NCBI GenBank assembly: GCA_039588275.1
Contig: JBDHAC010000001.1
Location: 1 to 64,000, forward strand
Source: Gemmatimonadota bacterium
Lineage (GTDB): Bacteria > Gemmatimonadota > Gemmatimonadetes > Palauibacterales > Palauibacteraceae
Direction: 5' to 3'
DNA length: 64,000 nt
Positions 9,260 to 18,102 of this stretch are shown here, one piece after another. The position numbers and the translations under genes are program-made. Each line of letters begins with the position of its first letter. Position 1 is the first letter of the stretch. The notes beneath the pieces were generated by a model. That model was not told where the DNA came from. It saw only the letters and a program-made list of their open reading frames with translations, and searched no databases.

Positions 9260-9487
9260 CGTTATACCTGCGGACTGGAGAGAATAACCCGGCCCCGCCA
9301 CCGAGATCGGAGACACCGATCTCCTCCTTCACACCTCAGATGCCATCAGTGGCGAAAAACTTACATGATGCTCGGGCCCGCAGGTTCCCGCGGGCAATCG
9401 GCGCCTGTCGAGGAGCGGCTTCGCCTTGCCTCCTCCCCACCCTGAGCCGATAGTCAGCCTGTCTTTGCCCTTTCGACAGGAGGACCC

Positions 9488-11161
9488 ATGCCCAGAGCCC
9501 GACTGCCAGGCGTCGTTCCGGCGCTCGCCTTCGCCACAGCTCTCCTGCTCTCGCACCCCGTTCACGCACAGGAACAGGAACAGGAGCGGGTCACCCCCGC
9601 CCCCGACCGCGGGGCCGATGAAGGCGAGGGCCCCTACGACCGGCTGATCCTCCGCGGTGTGACGGTGATCGACGGGACGGGCGCCCCGCCGCGCGGTCCG
9701 ATCGACGTGGTGATCGAGGGGAACCGGATCGTCCGGCTCGCGGGCGTCGGCGTCCCCAACGTCGAGATCGACGACGAAGAGCGCCCCGAGCTCGCGATCG
9801 AGGACCGCCCCGACGCCAACGTACACGAGATCGATGCGACGGGGATGTACGTGCTCCCCGGCTTCGTGGACATCCACCTGCACACGGGCGGGCTGCCCAA
9901 GACCCCGGAGGCCGAGTACACGTACAAGCTGTGGATGGCGCACGGGATCACGGCGGGTCGCGGGGTCGCGTTCGGCCCCGTGGACTGGTCGTTGGCGGAG
10001 AAGGGGCGGAGCGCGAATAACGAGATCGTGGCCCCGCGCATGTTCTCCTACCACCGGCCCGGTTCGGTGGGCGAGGGCGAAGACCGCGTGCGGATCGACA
10101 CCCCCGAGCAGGCGCGCGAGTGGGTGCGCTATATAGCGGCCAAGGGCGCGGACGGGCTCAAGCTGGGCTCGTACCGCCCCGAGATCATGGAGGCCCTGAT
10201 CGACGAGGCCACACAGCTTGGGCTGGGCACCACGGCCCACCTCGCGCAGACGGGTGTGGCGCAGATGAACGCGATCGATGCCGCCCGGCTCGGGCTCGGC
10301 ACCGTCACCCACTTCTACGGGCTGTTCGAGTCGCTCTACAAGGATCACGACGTCCAGCCGTGGCCGGACGCCATGAACTACAACGACGAGCAGTACCGCT
10401 TCGGGCAGGTGGCGCGGCAGTGGAACCTGATCCACGAGCGCGGCAGCACCGAATGGAAGGCGTTCCTCGAGGAGATGCTCGAGCACGACGTCACGCTCGA
10501 TCCCACCATGACCGCCTACCAGGCGAGCTGGGACGTGGAAGCCCAGCGCCAGGCGTTCTGGAACCAGGAGTACGTGCTCCCCTCGCTCATGGACTTCTAC
10601 CGGGCGAGCCGCACCAACCACGGCTCCTACTACTACGACTGGACGACCGCGGACGAGGTGGCGTGGAAGAACTTCCTGCGCGTATGGCACCAGCTCCTGA
10701 ACGATTACAAGAACATGGGTGGCCGGGTGACGGTGAGCTCGGACGCGGGGTTCATCTACAATACGTTCGGGTTCTCGACCATCCAGGAGATGGAGCTTCT
10801 GCAACAGGCGGGCTTCCACCCGCTGGAGGTCATCCGGGGCGCGACGCTGCACGCCGCCGAGACCCTGTTCAAACCCACAGGCCAGCCGATCGAGTTCGGG
10901 GTGGTACGCCCCGGTTTACTGGCGGATCTCGTGGTGGTGGAGGAGAACCCGCTCCACAACCTCAAGGTGCTGTACGGGACCGGTCACGTGCGTCTGAACG
11001 ATGAGACGGGCGAGCCCGAGCGCGTGGGCGGGATCGTGTACACGATCAAGGACGGGATCGTGTACGACGCGAAGCAGCTCCTAGAGGACGTCCGCCGCAT
11101 GGTCGAGCACCAGAAGCAGGAACGCGCGACCGCGACGACGACGCAGGAGGGTGCACGGTAG
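9488..11161 (+). CDS. Secreted amidohydrolase family protein
   Basis: Signal peptide; VIDGTG, PGFVDIHLH, SSDAG, GLLADLVVVEENPL. Confidence 0.9.
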   Translation: MPRARLPGVVPALAFATALLLSHPVHAQEQEQERVTPAPDRGADEGEGPYDRLILRGVTVIDGTGAPPRGPIDVVIEGNRIVRLAGVGVPNVEIDDEERPELAIEDRPDANVHEIDATGMYVLPGFVDIHLHTGGLPKTPEAEYTYKLWMAHGITAGRGVAFGPVDWSLAEKGRSANNEIVAPRMFSYHRPGSVGEGEDRVRIDTPEQAREWVRYIAAKGADGLKLGSYRPEIMEALIDEATQLGLGTTAHLAQTGVAQMNAIDAARLGLGTVTHFYGLFESLYKDHDVQPWPDAMNYNDEQYRFGQVARQWNLIHERGSTEWKAFLEEMLEHDVTLDPTMTAYQASWDVEAQRQAFWNQEYVLPSLMDFYRASRTNHGSYYYDWTTADEVAWKNFLRVWHQLLNDYKNMGGRVTVSSDAGFIYNTFGFSTIQEMELLQQAGFHPLEVIRGATLHAAETLFKPTGQPIEFGVVRPGLLADLVVVEENPLHNLKVLYGTGHVRLNDETGEPERVGGIVYTIKDGIVYDAKQLLEDVRRMVEHQKQERATATTTQEGAR

Positions 11162-11919
11162 CTCGGAGCGCGGGCTCCCACTGCGGATCTCGTCTAAACC
11201 GCGGTAGAGGGTCACCGAAATGAGCGCCTGCTGCCCATCCGTCGCGGGGCAGTTCGACCGCGACTACGTCGAAGCCGAACTGGCGAGCCGCCGAAAGAAG
11301 CCGGCGCACAAGCGACTGGGGAAGACCGCCCGTCGGCTTGTGGAAGCGCTCTCCGACCTGGGGGTTCGCGACCAGACCCTCCTCGATATCGGAGGAGGGC
11401 TGGGCGACATACAGGCCGGGCTCTTCCCTCAGGGACTTCGCGGCGCGGTCCATGTCGAGGTTTCAGAACCGTATAGCGCCGCTGCGCGCGATGTGGCGCA
11501 GGAGAGTGGGTTCGAGGACAGGGTGGGGTTCCACGTTGGCGACTTCGCATCCCTCGCCGAGCAGATCCCGGCCGCCGACGTGGTCACGCTCGACCGGGTG
11601 ATCTGCTGCTACCCCGATATGCCGGCGATCCTCGGGGCCTCGGTATCGAAGGCTCGTAGAGTGTACGCAATCGTGGTCCCACGGAACGCGTGGCCCGTTC
11701 GTCTCTTCGTCGCCGTCGAGAACCTCCAGCGCAGGCTCAAGAAGAACCCGTTCCGCACATTCGTCTACTCGACGCAGGAGATGGACAGTCGCATCCGCGC
11801 GCACGGCTTCGAGCCGGTGGACAAGCGGAGCACCCTGACCTGGTGGATAAGGGTGTATCGGGTTCTCGACCATCCAGGAGAGGGAGCTTCTGCAACAGGC
11901 GGGCTTCCACCGGCTTGAG
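10767..11919 (+). repeat. Dispersed 62-bp direct repeat (10767-10828 and 11858-11919, 3 mismatches)
   Basis: TCGGGTTCTCGACCATCCAGGAGA[T/G]GGAGCTTCTGCAACAGGCGGGCTTCCACC[C/G]GCT[G/T]GAG. Confidence 0.9.
11220..11918 (+). CDS. Class I SAM-dependent methyltransferase (BchM/ChlM-like)
   Basis: LLDIGGGLG, VGDF, DVVTLDRVICCYPD. Confidence 0.88.
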   Translation: MSACCPSVAGQFDRDYVEAELASRRKKPAHKRLGKTARRLVEALSDLGVRDQTLLDIGGGLGDIQAGLFPQGLRGAVHVEVSEPYSAAARDVAQESGFEDRVGFHVGDFASLAEQIPAADVVTLDRVICCYPDMPAILGASVSKARRVYAIVVPRNAWPVRLFVAVENLQRRLKKNPFRTFVYSTQEMDSRIRAHGFEPVDKRSTLTWWIRVYRVLDHPGEGASATGGLPPA

Positions 11920-12012
11920 CACGACCGAGGTTCCTCGTCCTAGAAGCTGATCACCGTCCCCACCCCGATCTCGAGACTTCTCGCATGGGTGGCCCCCGAC
12001 AGCGGTCAGAAA

Positions 12013-14223
12013 TCAGCGGCACTCGAAGGGACGAAGCTCGAAGCGAGGATGATTGAGTTCCGGGTATGTGGTGCCGGATTGACGCTGCCGCTCCAGAAGC
12101 GTGAACTCGAACTGGCCCAGTGGCTCGACGAAAAAGCGAGCCTTCCACTCATTCTGGTTCCTGAACAACCCGCCGCGACCTGCGGAAACTTCTACCCGGA
12201 GGTCGTCGTCCCACATGACTGTCCGCTGCTGCGCGCGATCGATGTGCGTCATGCGTAGGAGGAGGCCATCGGCCGGGATGAGATCACCGGGCGCCTCGTC
12301 CTCCCAGCGCACGGTCACCGAGTTCGCGTCACAGCTCGTCCCGAGGATCCGTCGATCGCCGGGGCTTCGACGTCCTGGTTCCGGAAGAAGCGGAGTGTGG
12401 TGAAGACGCTCACGCGTTGGCGCCAGGCTGACACGTTCAGGGCTCGCGAAGAGCGATCTCGTGAGGTCACCGTACTCCTCCTCGAACACCGAAAGCGTCT
12501 GACCGCCGTACAGGTTGGCTCCTCCCTCGTAGTGCTGTAGCTCGTATTCCTCGGGCGTCGTCAGGTAGAGCAGGTATCCGTTGGCGAGGCCGACCAGGAC
12601 GGCGCGCGCCACCGAATCGCCCGCGGTCGTCGCGGCGCGGCGTACGGCCTCGGTGAGCCGGAAGGAGGCCACGGTCGTGACTTCGGCGGGAACCGAGACG
12701 AGGTAACGACCGCCAATACGGGCGACCATGAGCTGGGCCAGCGTCGGCAATTTGCCTTCCGCGAGAATGCCGTACAGCAGGGGAAGGGCCTTTCTCTTCG
12801 GTCGCTGGAAGAGATCCTTGTTCGAAACGTCCCGCGAGGCAGCCCCCTCCTCGGCTCCCGCGGGAAACAGCCCGAGATCGCGCCACCGGTAAAAGCGGCT
12901 TCGCCCGTCCTCGGCCCCGCCCAGGAACGCCGATCCGGCGAGCGGGGCGTCCGGCAGCCGTTGGAGGCCGTTCCGCTGATGCCCAGGAAGCTCTAGCGCC
13001 CGAAACGCTCGAGAGATCGTCACGGTGTCGGAGAGAGCAGGCTCGAGCCGGAGGAACAGCCGCTCCGCGGAGTCGGCAATCAAATCCCCGATCCGGCGGA
13101 CCTCCTCGAACGCCAGACTCATGCACCGCGCCACCGCCGTCGCGCCCGGATGTTCCCAGTGATCCGCGCGACGAGGAGCGCGCGCGCCGGAAGGTCGCAA
13201 GCCGCGGCGCAACCGCGGCAGGGGGCAACGCGTCCCCGCTTGCCACGTCGGCGAGACGTCACCCTCCGCTCCATTTGCCCAGAGGTGCACCGAATGTGGG
13301 CGCGGATCGTCCGGGTGCGGATCGGGGGCCTGCGGATCGTTCGGAAGCTTGGCCTCCGCGTCGATGAACCGCTCGAGCCGTCGGTTGACGTAGCCGTGCA
13401 GATCGGCCTCGTACAGGTCGTTGTTCGCCGGTATGATCGTCGGGTGAACGCCGAAGATGCTGAACGCGCCGGCCGGTACCCATTTCTCATCGCTCTGCCG
13501 CAGCGTCTCGACGCGTAGCATGGTCCACGTACGATCCACCGCCAAACCGATGGGCGCCGGAAAGCCCGGCGGCGTCAGGCCCGTGTTCGCCAGGTAAGGC
13601 TCGTAGCTCCGGTTCCGGCTCGCGCCCGTGATCAACGTGCTCCCCCACGCCGCGCGAGCAGGTTCCAGGTTAGCCGGGTGGAACGCGCTGTCGAGGGCGG
13701 TCGCGATGCGCTCCGCGAAGAACGCCAACACGTTCTTGTCGAACCCTGCCAAGGAGGAGCCGACCTCGTTGAACGCGGCCGCGTCGAAGTAGTGCGAGGG
13801 CGCGGCGTGCGTGTGCGTGGCGGCAAGCAAGAGCTCGTGGAACTCGAGCTTCGCCCCCTCCGCGAGCTTGACCGATTTGAGATGCAGCCCGGGCGAGATC
13901 GCCTGTAGATCGGCGACCGCGAGCGCGAGGCGTTGCCCGTGGGCGTCCACGAGCGCGAGAACACGGACGTACAACCGCTGCCGGAAGCCACGAGCCTCTC
14001 GGCCCTCCGGCCCGAAGCCCTGCAGGCCCAGCCCGGGTGGCGGGGTGATATCGACCCGCGCGAATCCCGCCTGCAGTACACCGGATTGCGCAGGAACGTG
14101 GCGGACTCCAACGTCGGCGACGAACGCCTGTGCCGCCGCCCTCTCACCCCCGAAGGTCACGACCGCGAGCGCGCACGCAAGGAGGCTCGCGCCAAGCCGT
14201 CGCCGACTCCACTCCACCGTCAT
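12013..14223 (-). CDS. Neutral/alkaline non-lysosomal ceramidase family protein, secreted
   Basis: AGFARVDITP, ATHTHAAP, GVHPT, NGAEGDVSP, PAEVTT, GLANGYLLYLTTPEEYELQHYEG; ATG 14223 overlaps upstream TGA (ATGA). Confidence 0.88.
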   Translation of the reverse strand: MTVEWSRRRLGASLLACALAVVTFGGERAAAQAFVADVGVRHVPAQSGVLQAGFARVDITPPPGLGLQGFGPEGREARGFRQRLYVRVLALVDAHGQRLALAVADLQAISPGLHLKSVKLAEGAKLEFHELLLAATHTHAAPSHYFDAAAFNEVGSSLAGFDKNVLAFFAERIATALDSAFHPANLEPARAAWGSTLITGASRNRSYEPYLANTGLTPPGFPAPIGLAVDRTWTMLRVETLRQSDEKWVPAGAFSIFGVHPTIIPANNDLYEADLHGYVNRRLERFIDAEAKLPNDPQAPDPHPDDPRPHSVHLWANGAEGDVSPTWQAGTRCPLPRLRRGLRPSGARAPRRADHWEHPGATAVARCMSLAFEEVRRIGDLIADSAERLFLRLEPALSDTVTISRAFRALELPGHQRNGLQRLPDAPLAGSAFLGGAEDGRSRFYRWRDLGLFPAGAEEGAASRDVSNKDLFQRPKRKALPLLYGILAEGKLPTLAQLMVARIGGRYLVSVPAEVTTVASFRLTEAVRRAATTAGDSVARAVLVGLANGYLLYLTTPEEYELQHYEGGANLYGGQTLSVFEEEYGDLTRSLFASPERVSLAPTRERLHHTPLLPEPGRRSPGDRRILGTSCDANSVTVRWEDEAPGDLIPADGLLLRMTHIDRAQQRTVMWDDDLRVEVSAGRGGLFRNQNEWKARFFVEPLGQFEFTLLERQRQSGTTYPELNHPRFELRPFECR

Positions 14224-15080
14224 TGTAGGGCGACCGACAGGGTGATGGAGAGAATGCGCCACTTCACCTCCTGGTTCTGGTCGATGGCGCGGAGGGAGGT
14301 TCGTCGAGTCTCCGAGTCGATGTTCTGCTGGAAGCGGAACGGTTCGATGACCAGGGTCACGCTCGGAATGTTGAACATGTGCTCGACGGCCTCGCTCGCC
14401 GCGATCACGAACGTAGGTGCGACGGCGACGTGGGTGGGACCATGGTCATCGAAATAGGACAGCTCACCCACGGATCGCTCCTGGCCAAGGCTATAGCCAC
14501 CCACCACGTCCAGGTAGAAAGAGGATTCCACACCCATCGCGGTGATCGGGACGCGAAAGCTCCCGGCCGCCTCCAGGTAGGTCCCGTCCACTTCATCATA
14601 GTCGTGCCAGACGGAGATTCGCGGGGCGAAGAAGTCGATGCCTCGCCACTCGACGCTGCCGAACACCTCGTGCGTGTCGCTATCGCGTCCACGCCCGCCG
14701 GCAGACGGGTCACCGCGGAAGCGGTAGGCGACCCAGCCGGCACCCAGCACGAAGTCGTGTAACTCAAACAGGTATTGGACGGAGAGGTTGTATTCGGTCC
14801 GGCCACCCTCATCGAAGCCGGCATCGGTCAACTGATCCGGCCCCGCCTCTCCGAACTCTATGCTCTCCCAGAACTCCCCGGTCAGATAGCCGGACCCCAG
14901 CTTCACGGCGGCATACACCCCGGGCTGGAGGACCCAGCCACTCGCCCGCGTCAGACCACGCCAGTGATACTGGGATGCGAACGTCAGGTCGGTGCCGGCC
15001 GCGAACTGAGCGGCAAGCGGCCGTGCGCCTGATGCGGCGATCGCCGCCACGAGCATGCACGCGATGTTCCGCAACGCCAC
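14220..15080 (-). CDS. TorF-like outer-membrane beta-barrel (putative porin)
   Basis: Signal peptide; FASQYHWRG, WVLQP, amphipathic strands to the C-terminus; start approximate. Confidence 0.7.
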   Translation of the reverse strand: MALRNIACMLVAAIAASGARPLAAQFAAGTDLTFASQYHWRGLTRASGWVLQPGVYAAVKLGSGYLTGEFWESIEFGEAGPDQLTDAGFDEGGRTEYNLSVQYLFELHDFVLGAGWVAYRFRGDPSAGGRGRDSDTHEVFGSVEWRGIDFFAPRISVWHDYDEVDGTYLEAAGSFRVPITAMGVESSFYLDVVGGYSLGQERSVGELSYFDDHGPTHVAVAPTFVIAASEAVEHMFNIPSVTLVIEPFRFQQNIDSETRRTSLRAIDQNQEVKWRILSITLSVALQ

Positions 15081-15272
15081 TTCGGCGACTACTCCTTGGT
15101 TGCTTCCGGAGTGGGAGAGAGCCGCTCCGCGGTTCCACCATGAAAGCAAGCGCTCACTCTCGAATCTCGTCCGCAAAGGGTCGTGACCACAACACCGAAA
15201 CTCGGAAATCGCGATCTTCGTCCGTTTCGCGCAGGCGGTAAGGCCACGCCCCCACGCGCACCCCACCCCTCA

Positions 15273-15339
15273 GGTGCATCCAGGATGCACCGAGTGACCG
15301 GAATCTTACATTGGCGGCGAGCTCGCCCATGTAAGATTC
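15273..15339. promoter_or_regulatory. Two palindromes in a divergent promoter region (putative operators)
   Basis: GGTGCATCC-A-GGATGCACC (15273-15291); GAATCTTACAT-N17-ATGTAAGATTC (15301-15339) with inner GGCGAGCTCGCC. Confidence 0.6.
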
Positions 15340-15472
15340 TGCGTATTCGTGGCATCTGTATATGGGAGGAGGGCCCAATCAGTAGATCCTCCGGCTGCCG
15401 GGCCCGGCCGGTCTTGTCCAGACCGCGACGGCATACAGGTATGTCCCCCACCAGACATCCAGGCTGAGGCCA

Positions 15473-17005
15473 ATGCCCGCTCCACCTTACATCATCCACA
15501 CCGGCAAGGACGGGAAGCTGGTCGACATGGGCTCCGGCGATGTGCAGGACATCGTACAGGCGCTGGCCGCCAGCGGGACCGGCGTGCTTCATTTCCACGG
15601 CGGGCTGGTCAACCGGAACAAGGGGATCGCGCTCGCCGAGCGGCTCGATCCCGTCTATCGCCAGGCTCAGGCCGAGCCGGTGTTCTTCGTGTGGGAGTCC
15701 GGCTTCCTCGAGACCGTGACCCACAACCTGCACGAGATCGAGACGGAGAAGATCTTCCGGATCCTGCTGAAGAGGGTCCTGAAACACGTGGTGGGCAAGC
15801 TCACCGCGGACGCCGGGCAAAAAGCCGCCGGTCAACTCCCCTACCCGAAAGATCCCGAGCTCGCGATCGAGCTCGACAAGCTGGAGGAGGGGACCGAGCC
15901 GTATGTGGACCTGGAGGTTCCCGGCGACGTCGACGACACGACGGACCAGGAGCGTGAGAAGCTCGAGACCGAGCTGCGGCGCGACAACGACTTTCAGGCG
16001 GAGGCGCGCGCGATCGCGCGAGAGGCCTTGCCCGCGGTAGCCGAGGAGCTCGACGGCTCGAAGGGAGTCGTGGCCACGGGTAGAAAATCGGCGAAATCCC
16101 TCATGTCGCGGGATGTCGTCGAGGAGCTCGAGGCCGACACCGAACAAGGCCAGAAAGGGCTGCTCACGACCGCCAAGCTCATCGCTCGGGCCGGCAAGAT
16201 ACTCCTGAGGGTGATCCGGCGGCTGCGTACGGGCCGCGGGCACGGGGTCTACGTGACGACCGTCGAGGAGATCCTGCGCGAGCTGTACATCGCGAACATC
16301 GGCGGCGGCATCTGGCACATGATGAAGAAGGAAACCGCCGACACGTTCAGCGTCGGGGTGGACCGCGGCGGCCGCGTGTTCGTCGACGAGCTGGGAACCG
16401 CGCTCGCACAGGCGCAGCCCTCGTGGCCCGCGATCGACCTCGTCGGGCACAGCACGGGCGCCGTATACATCCTCAATCTCCTGAAGCACGTCGAGACATG
16501 CCGCGCCCATCACCTGTTCCCGGAAGACTTCTCGTTCCGAAGCGTCGTCTTTCTCGCACCGGCTTGCGACTTCGACGCGTTCGAAGAGGCGCTGGACGAC
16601 CTTCGCCATCTGTTTGACGGTTTCCGGCTGTTCGCCATGCGCGATGAGCTGGAGAAGAAGGACAATCTCGTTCCCGGGCTCTATCCACGTTCCCTGCTCT
16701 ATTTCGTCTCGGGAGTGGTGGAGCGTGAGCCCGACGGGAGCACGTCGTTCGATCGCCCGATCCTCGGGATGGAGCGATACTTCCTCGATGCGGAGGTGTA
16801 CGATCAGATCGAGGTCGAGAAAGCTCGCCAGTTCCTCGCCGCGTCCGACCGTCACGCCGTCTGGTCGATAGCGGCCGATGGCGCCGATGGACTCCGGTCG
16901 AATTCGAACAGGCACGGGGGCTTCGACGACACGGACCCGCAGGATCCCGCCAGGCACACCACGATGCTGAGCGTACAACACATGATCCGCCACGGGCCCG
17001 CATGA
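15473..17005 (+). CDS. Alpha/beta hydrolase (lipase/esterase-like) with large helical insertion
   Basis: HFHGGL oxyanion motif, GHSTG nucleophile elbow, FLAPAC, late HGGFDD His; no signal peptide. Confidence 0.82.
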   Translation: MPAPPYIIHTGKDGKLVDMGSGDVQDIVQALAASGTGVLHFHGGLVNRNKGIALAERLDPVYRQAQAEPVFFVWESGFLETVTHNLHEIETEKIFRILLKRVLKHVVGKLTADAGQKAAGQLPYPKDPELAIELDKLEEGTEPYVDLEVPGDVDDTTDQEREKLETELRRDNDFQAEARAIAREALPAVAEELDGSKGVVATGRKSAKSLMSRDVVEELEADTEQGQKGLLTTAKLIARAGKILLRVIRRLRTGRGHGVYVTTVEEILRELYIANIGGGIWHMMKKETADTFSVGVDRGGRVFVDELGTALAQAQPSWPAIDLVGHSTGAVYILNLLKHVETCRAHHLFPEDFSFRSVVFLAPACDFDAFEEALDDLRHLFDGFRLFAMRDELEKKDNLVPGLYPRSLLYFVSGVVEREPDGSTSFDRPILGMERYFLDAEVYDQIEVEKARQFLAASDRHAVWSIAADGADGLRSNSNRHGGFDDTDPQDPARHTTMLSVQHMIRHGPA

Positions 17006-18102
17006 ATCCGCTTCACTACGCCGTGGTCGTGGGAATCAACCACTACCCCGAGCTCGATCCGCTCGTATCGGCGGTCGGGGACGCGCAGAGATTCGCCGCC
17101 TGGCTGGAGAGCGAAGACGGCGGCGGCGTGCCGGCCGACAACATGAGACTCCTCACGGTGAGCAACGCCCAGATCCCGGCCGGCGTCGCGAGAGCGGACG
17201 CGACGCCGAAGAAGACCGAGATCCATAACGCGCTGTACGAGCTGGCTCAAACCTGCAAGGCGCACGTCGATGAGCACCCCGCGGATTGGGAAAAGACGCG
17301 TCTGTACGTGTACGTGTCGGGGCACGGCCTGGCCCCGGTCTCGACCGAGGCCGCGCTCCTCATGGCGGATGCCGGACCCGACTGGTACGGAGAGAACTTC
17401 CCGTGCGCGAGCTTCGTGGGTTGGTACCAGGAGGCTCAGTACTTCAAGGAGCTGGTGTTCTTCGCCGACTGCTGTCGCTACTGGGTCGAGGAAGCACCGC
17501 TCGCCACGCCGCCCTGGACCAAGGTGCGCGGCAACAGCGGAAGGGTGATCCGGGTCACCGGCTACGCGACGTTCTTCGGCGATCCCGCCTACGAGCCCCC
17601 CGCCGAGGAGCTCGAGCCCGCCGACGAGCGGCGCAGCTATTTCACGAAGGCCCTGCTCGAGGGGTTGGAGGGCAAGGCGGCGGACGAGGGCTCGCGCGAG
17701 ATCGACTCCAACACGCTGGCGACGTATGTCCGAGCTCGGGTCATGGAGCTGACCCGCGGCAAGCGTTCGCCTCAGGAGCCGCAGATGGCCGCCGACCCGG
17801 CAACTCCCATCCTGTTCGGGAAGTTGAGCGAGCCGGAGGCCGAGGAGGCGAAGAACGTGACCGTGACGATCCAGATCGTCACCCCATACGATGGTGACGT
17901 CGCGGTGCTGGACGGTTACTTCCAGCCCGTGGAGACGCGGGTCGCCTCGCCCGACCCCTGGGTCATCGAGCTTCCCGGCCCCCGAATGTATCAGGTGCAT
18001 CCGCTCGAGCCCGATGGCACGGTCGATCCGGAGGCGCACAATCCTTTCACCGATGAGGGCCGCTTCAGCGTGGTTGGAGAGGACCGAAGTGTTGAGCTCT
18101 AG
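17002..18102 (+). CDS. Caspase-family (peptidase C14, metacaspase-like) protease with C-terminal beta domain
   Basis: YAVVVGINHY, AVGDA, YVSGHG (His), FADCCR (Cys), FTKALLEGLEG; ATGA overlap. Confidence 0.92.
   Translation: MNPLHYAVVVGINHYPELDPLVSAVGDAQRFAAWLESEDGGGVPADNMRLLTVSNAQIPAGVARADATPKKTEIHNALYELAQTCKAHVDEHPADWEKTRLYVYVSGHGLAPVSTEAALLMADAGPDWYGENFPCASFVGWYQEAQYFKELVFFADCCRYWVEEAPLATPPWTKVRGNSGRVIRVTGYATFFGDPAYEPPAEELEPADERRSYFTKALLEGLEGKAADEGSREIDSNTLATYVRARVMELTRGKRSPQEPQMAADPATPILFGKLSEPEAEEAKNVTVTIQIVTPYDGDVAVLDGYFQPVETRVASPDPWVIELPGPRMYQVHPLEPDGTVDPEAHNPFTDEGRFSVVGEDRSVEL

Noticed and set aside
15089..16993. 634-aa minus-strand ORF and similar long shadow ORFs (27298-29442, 42246-44318, 9329-10852)
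   Set aside because: Antisense to well-supported genes; typical high-GC shadow frames without motifs
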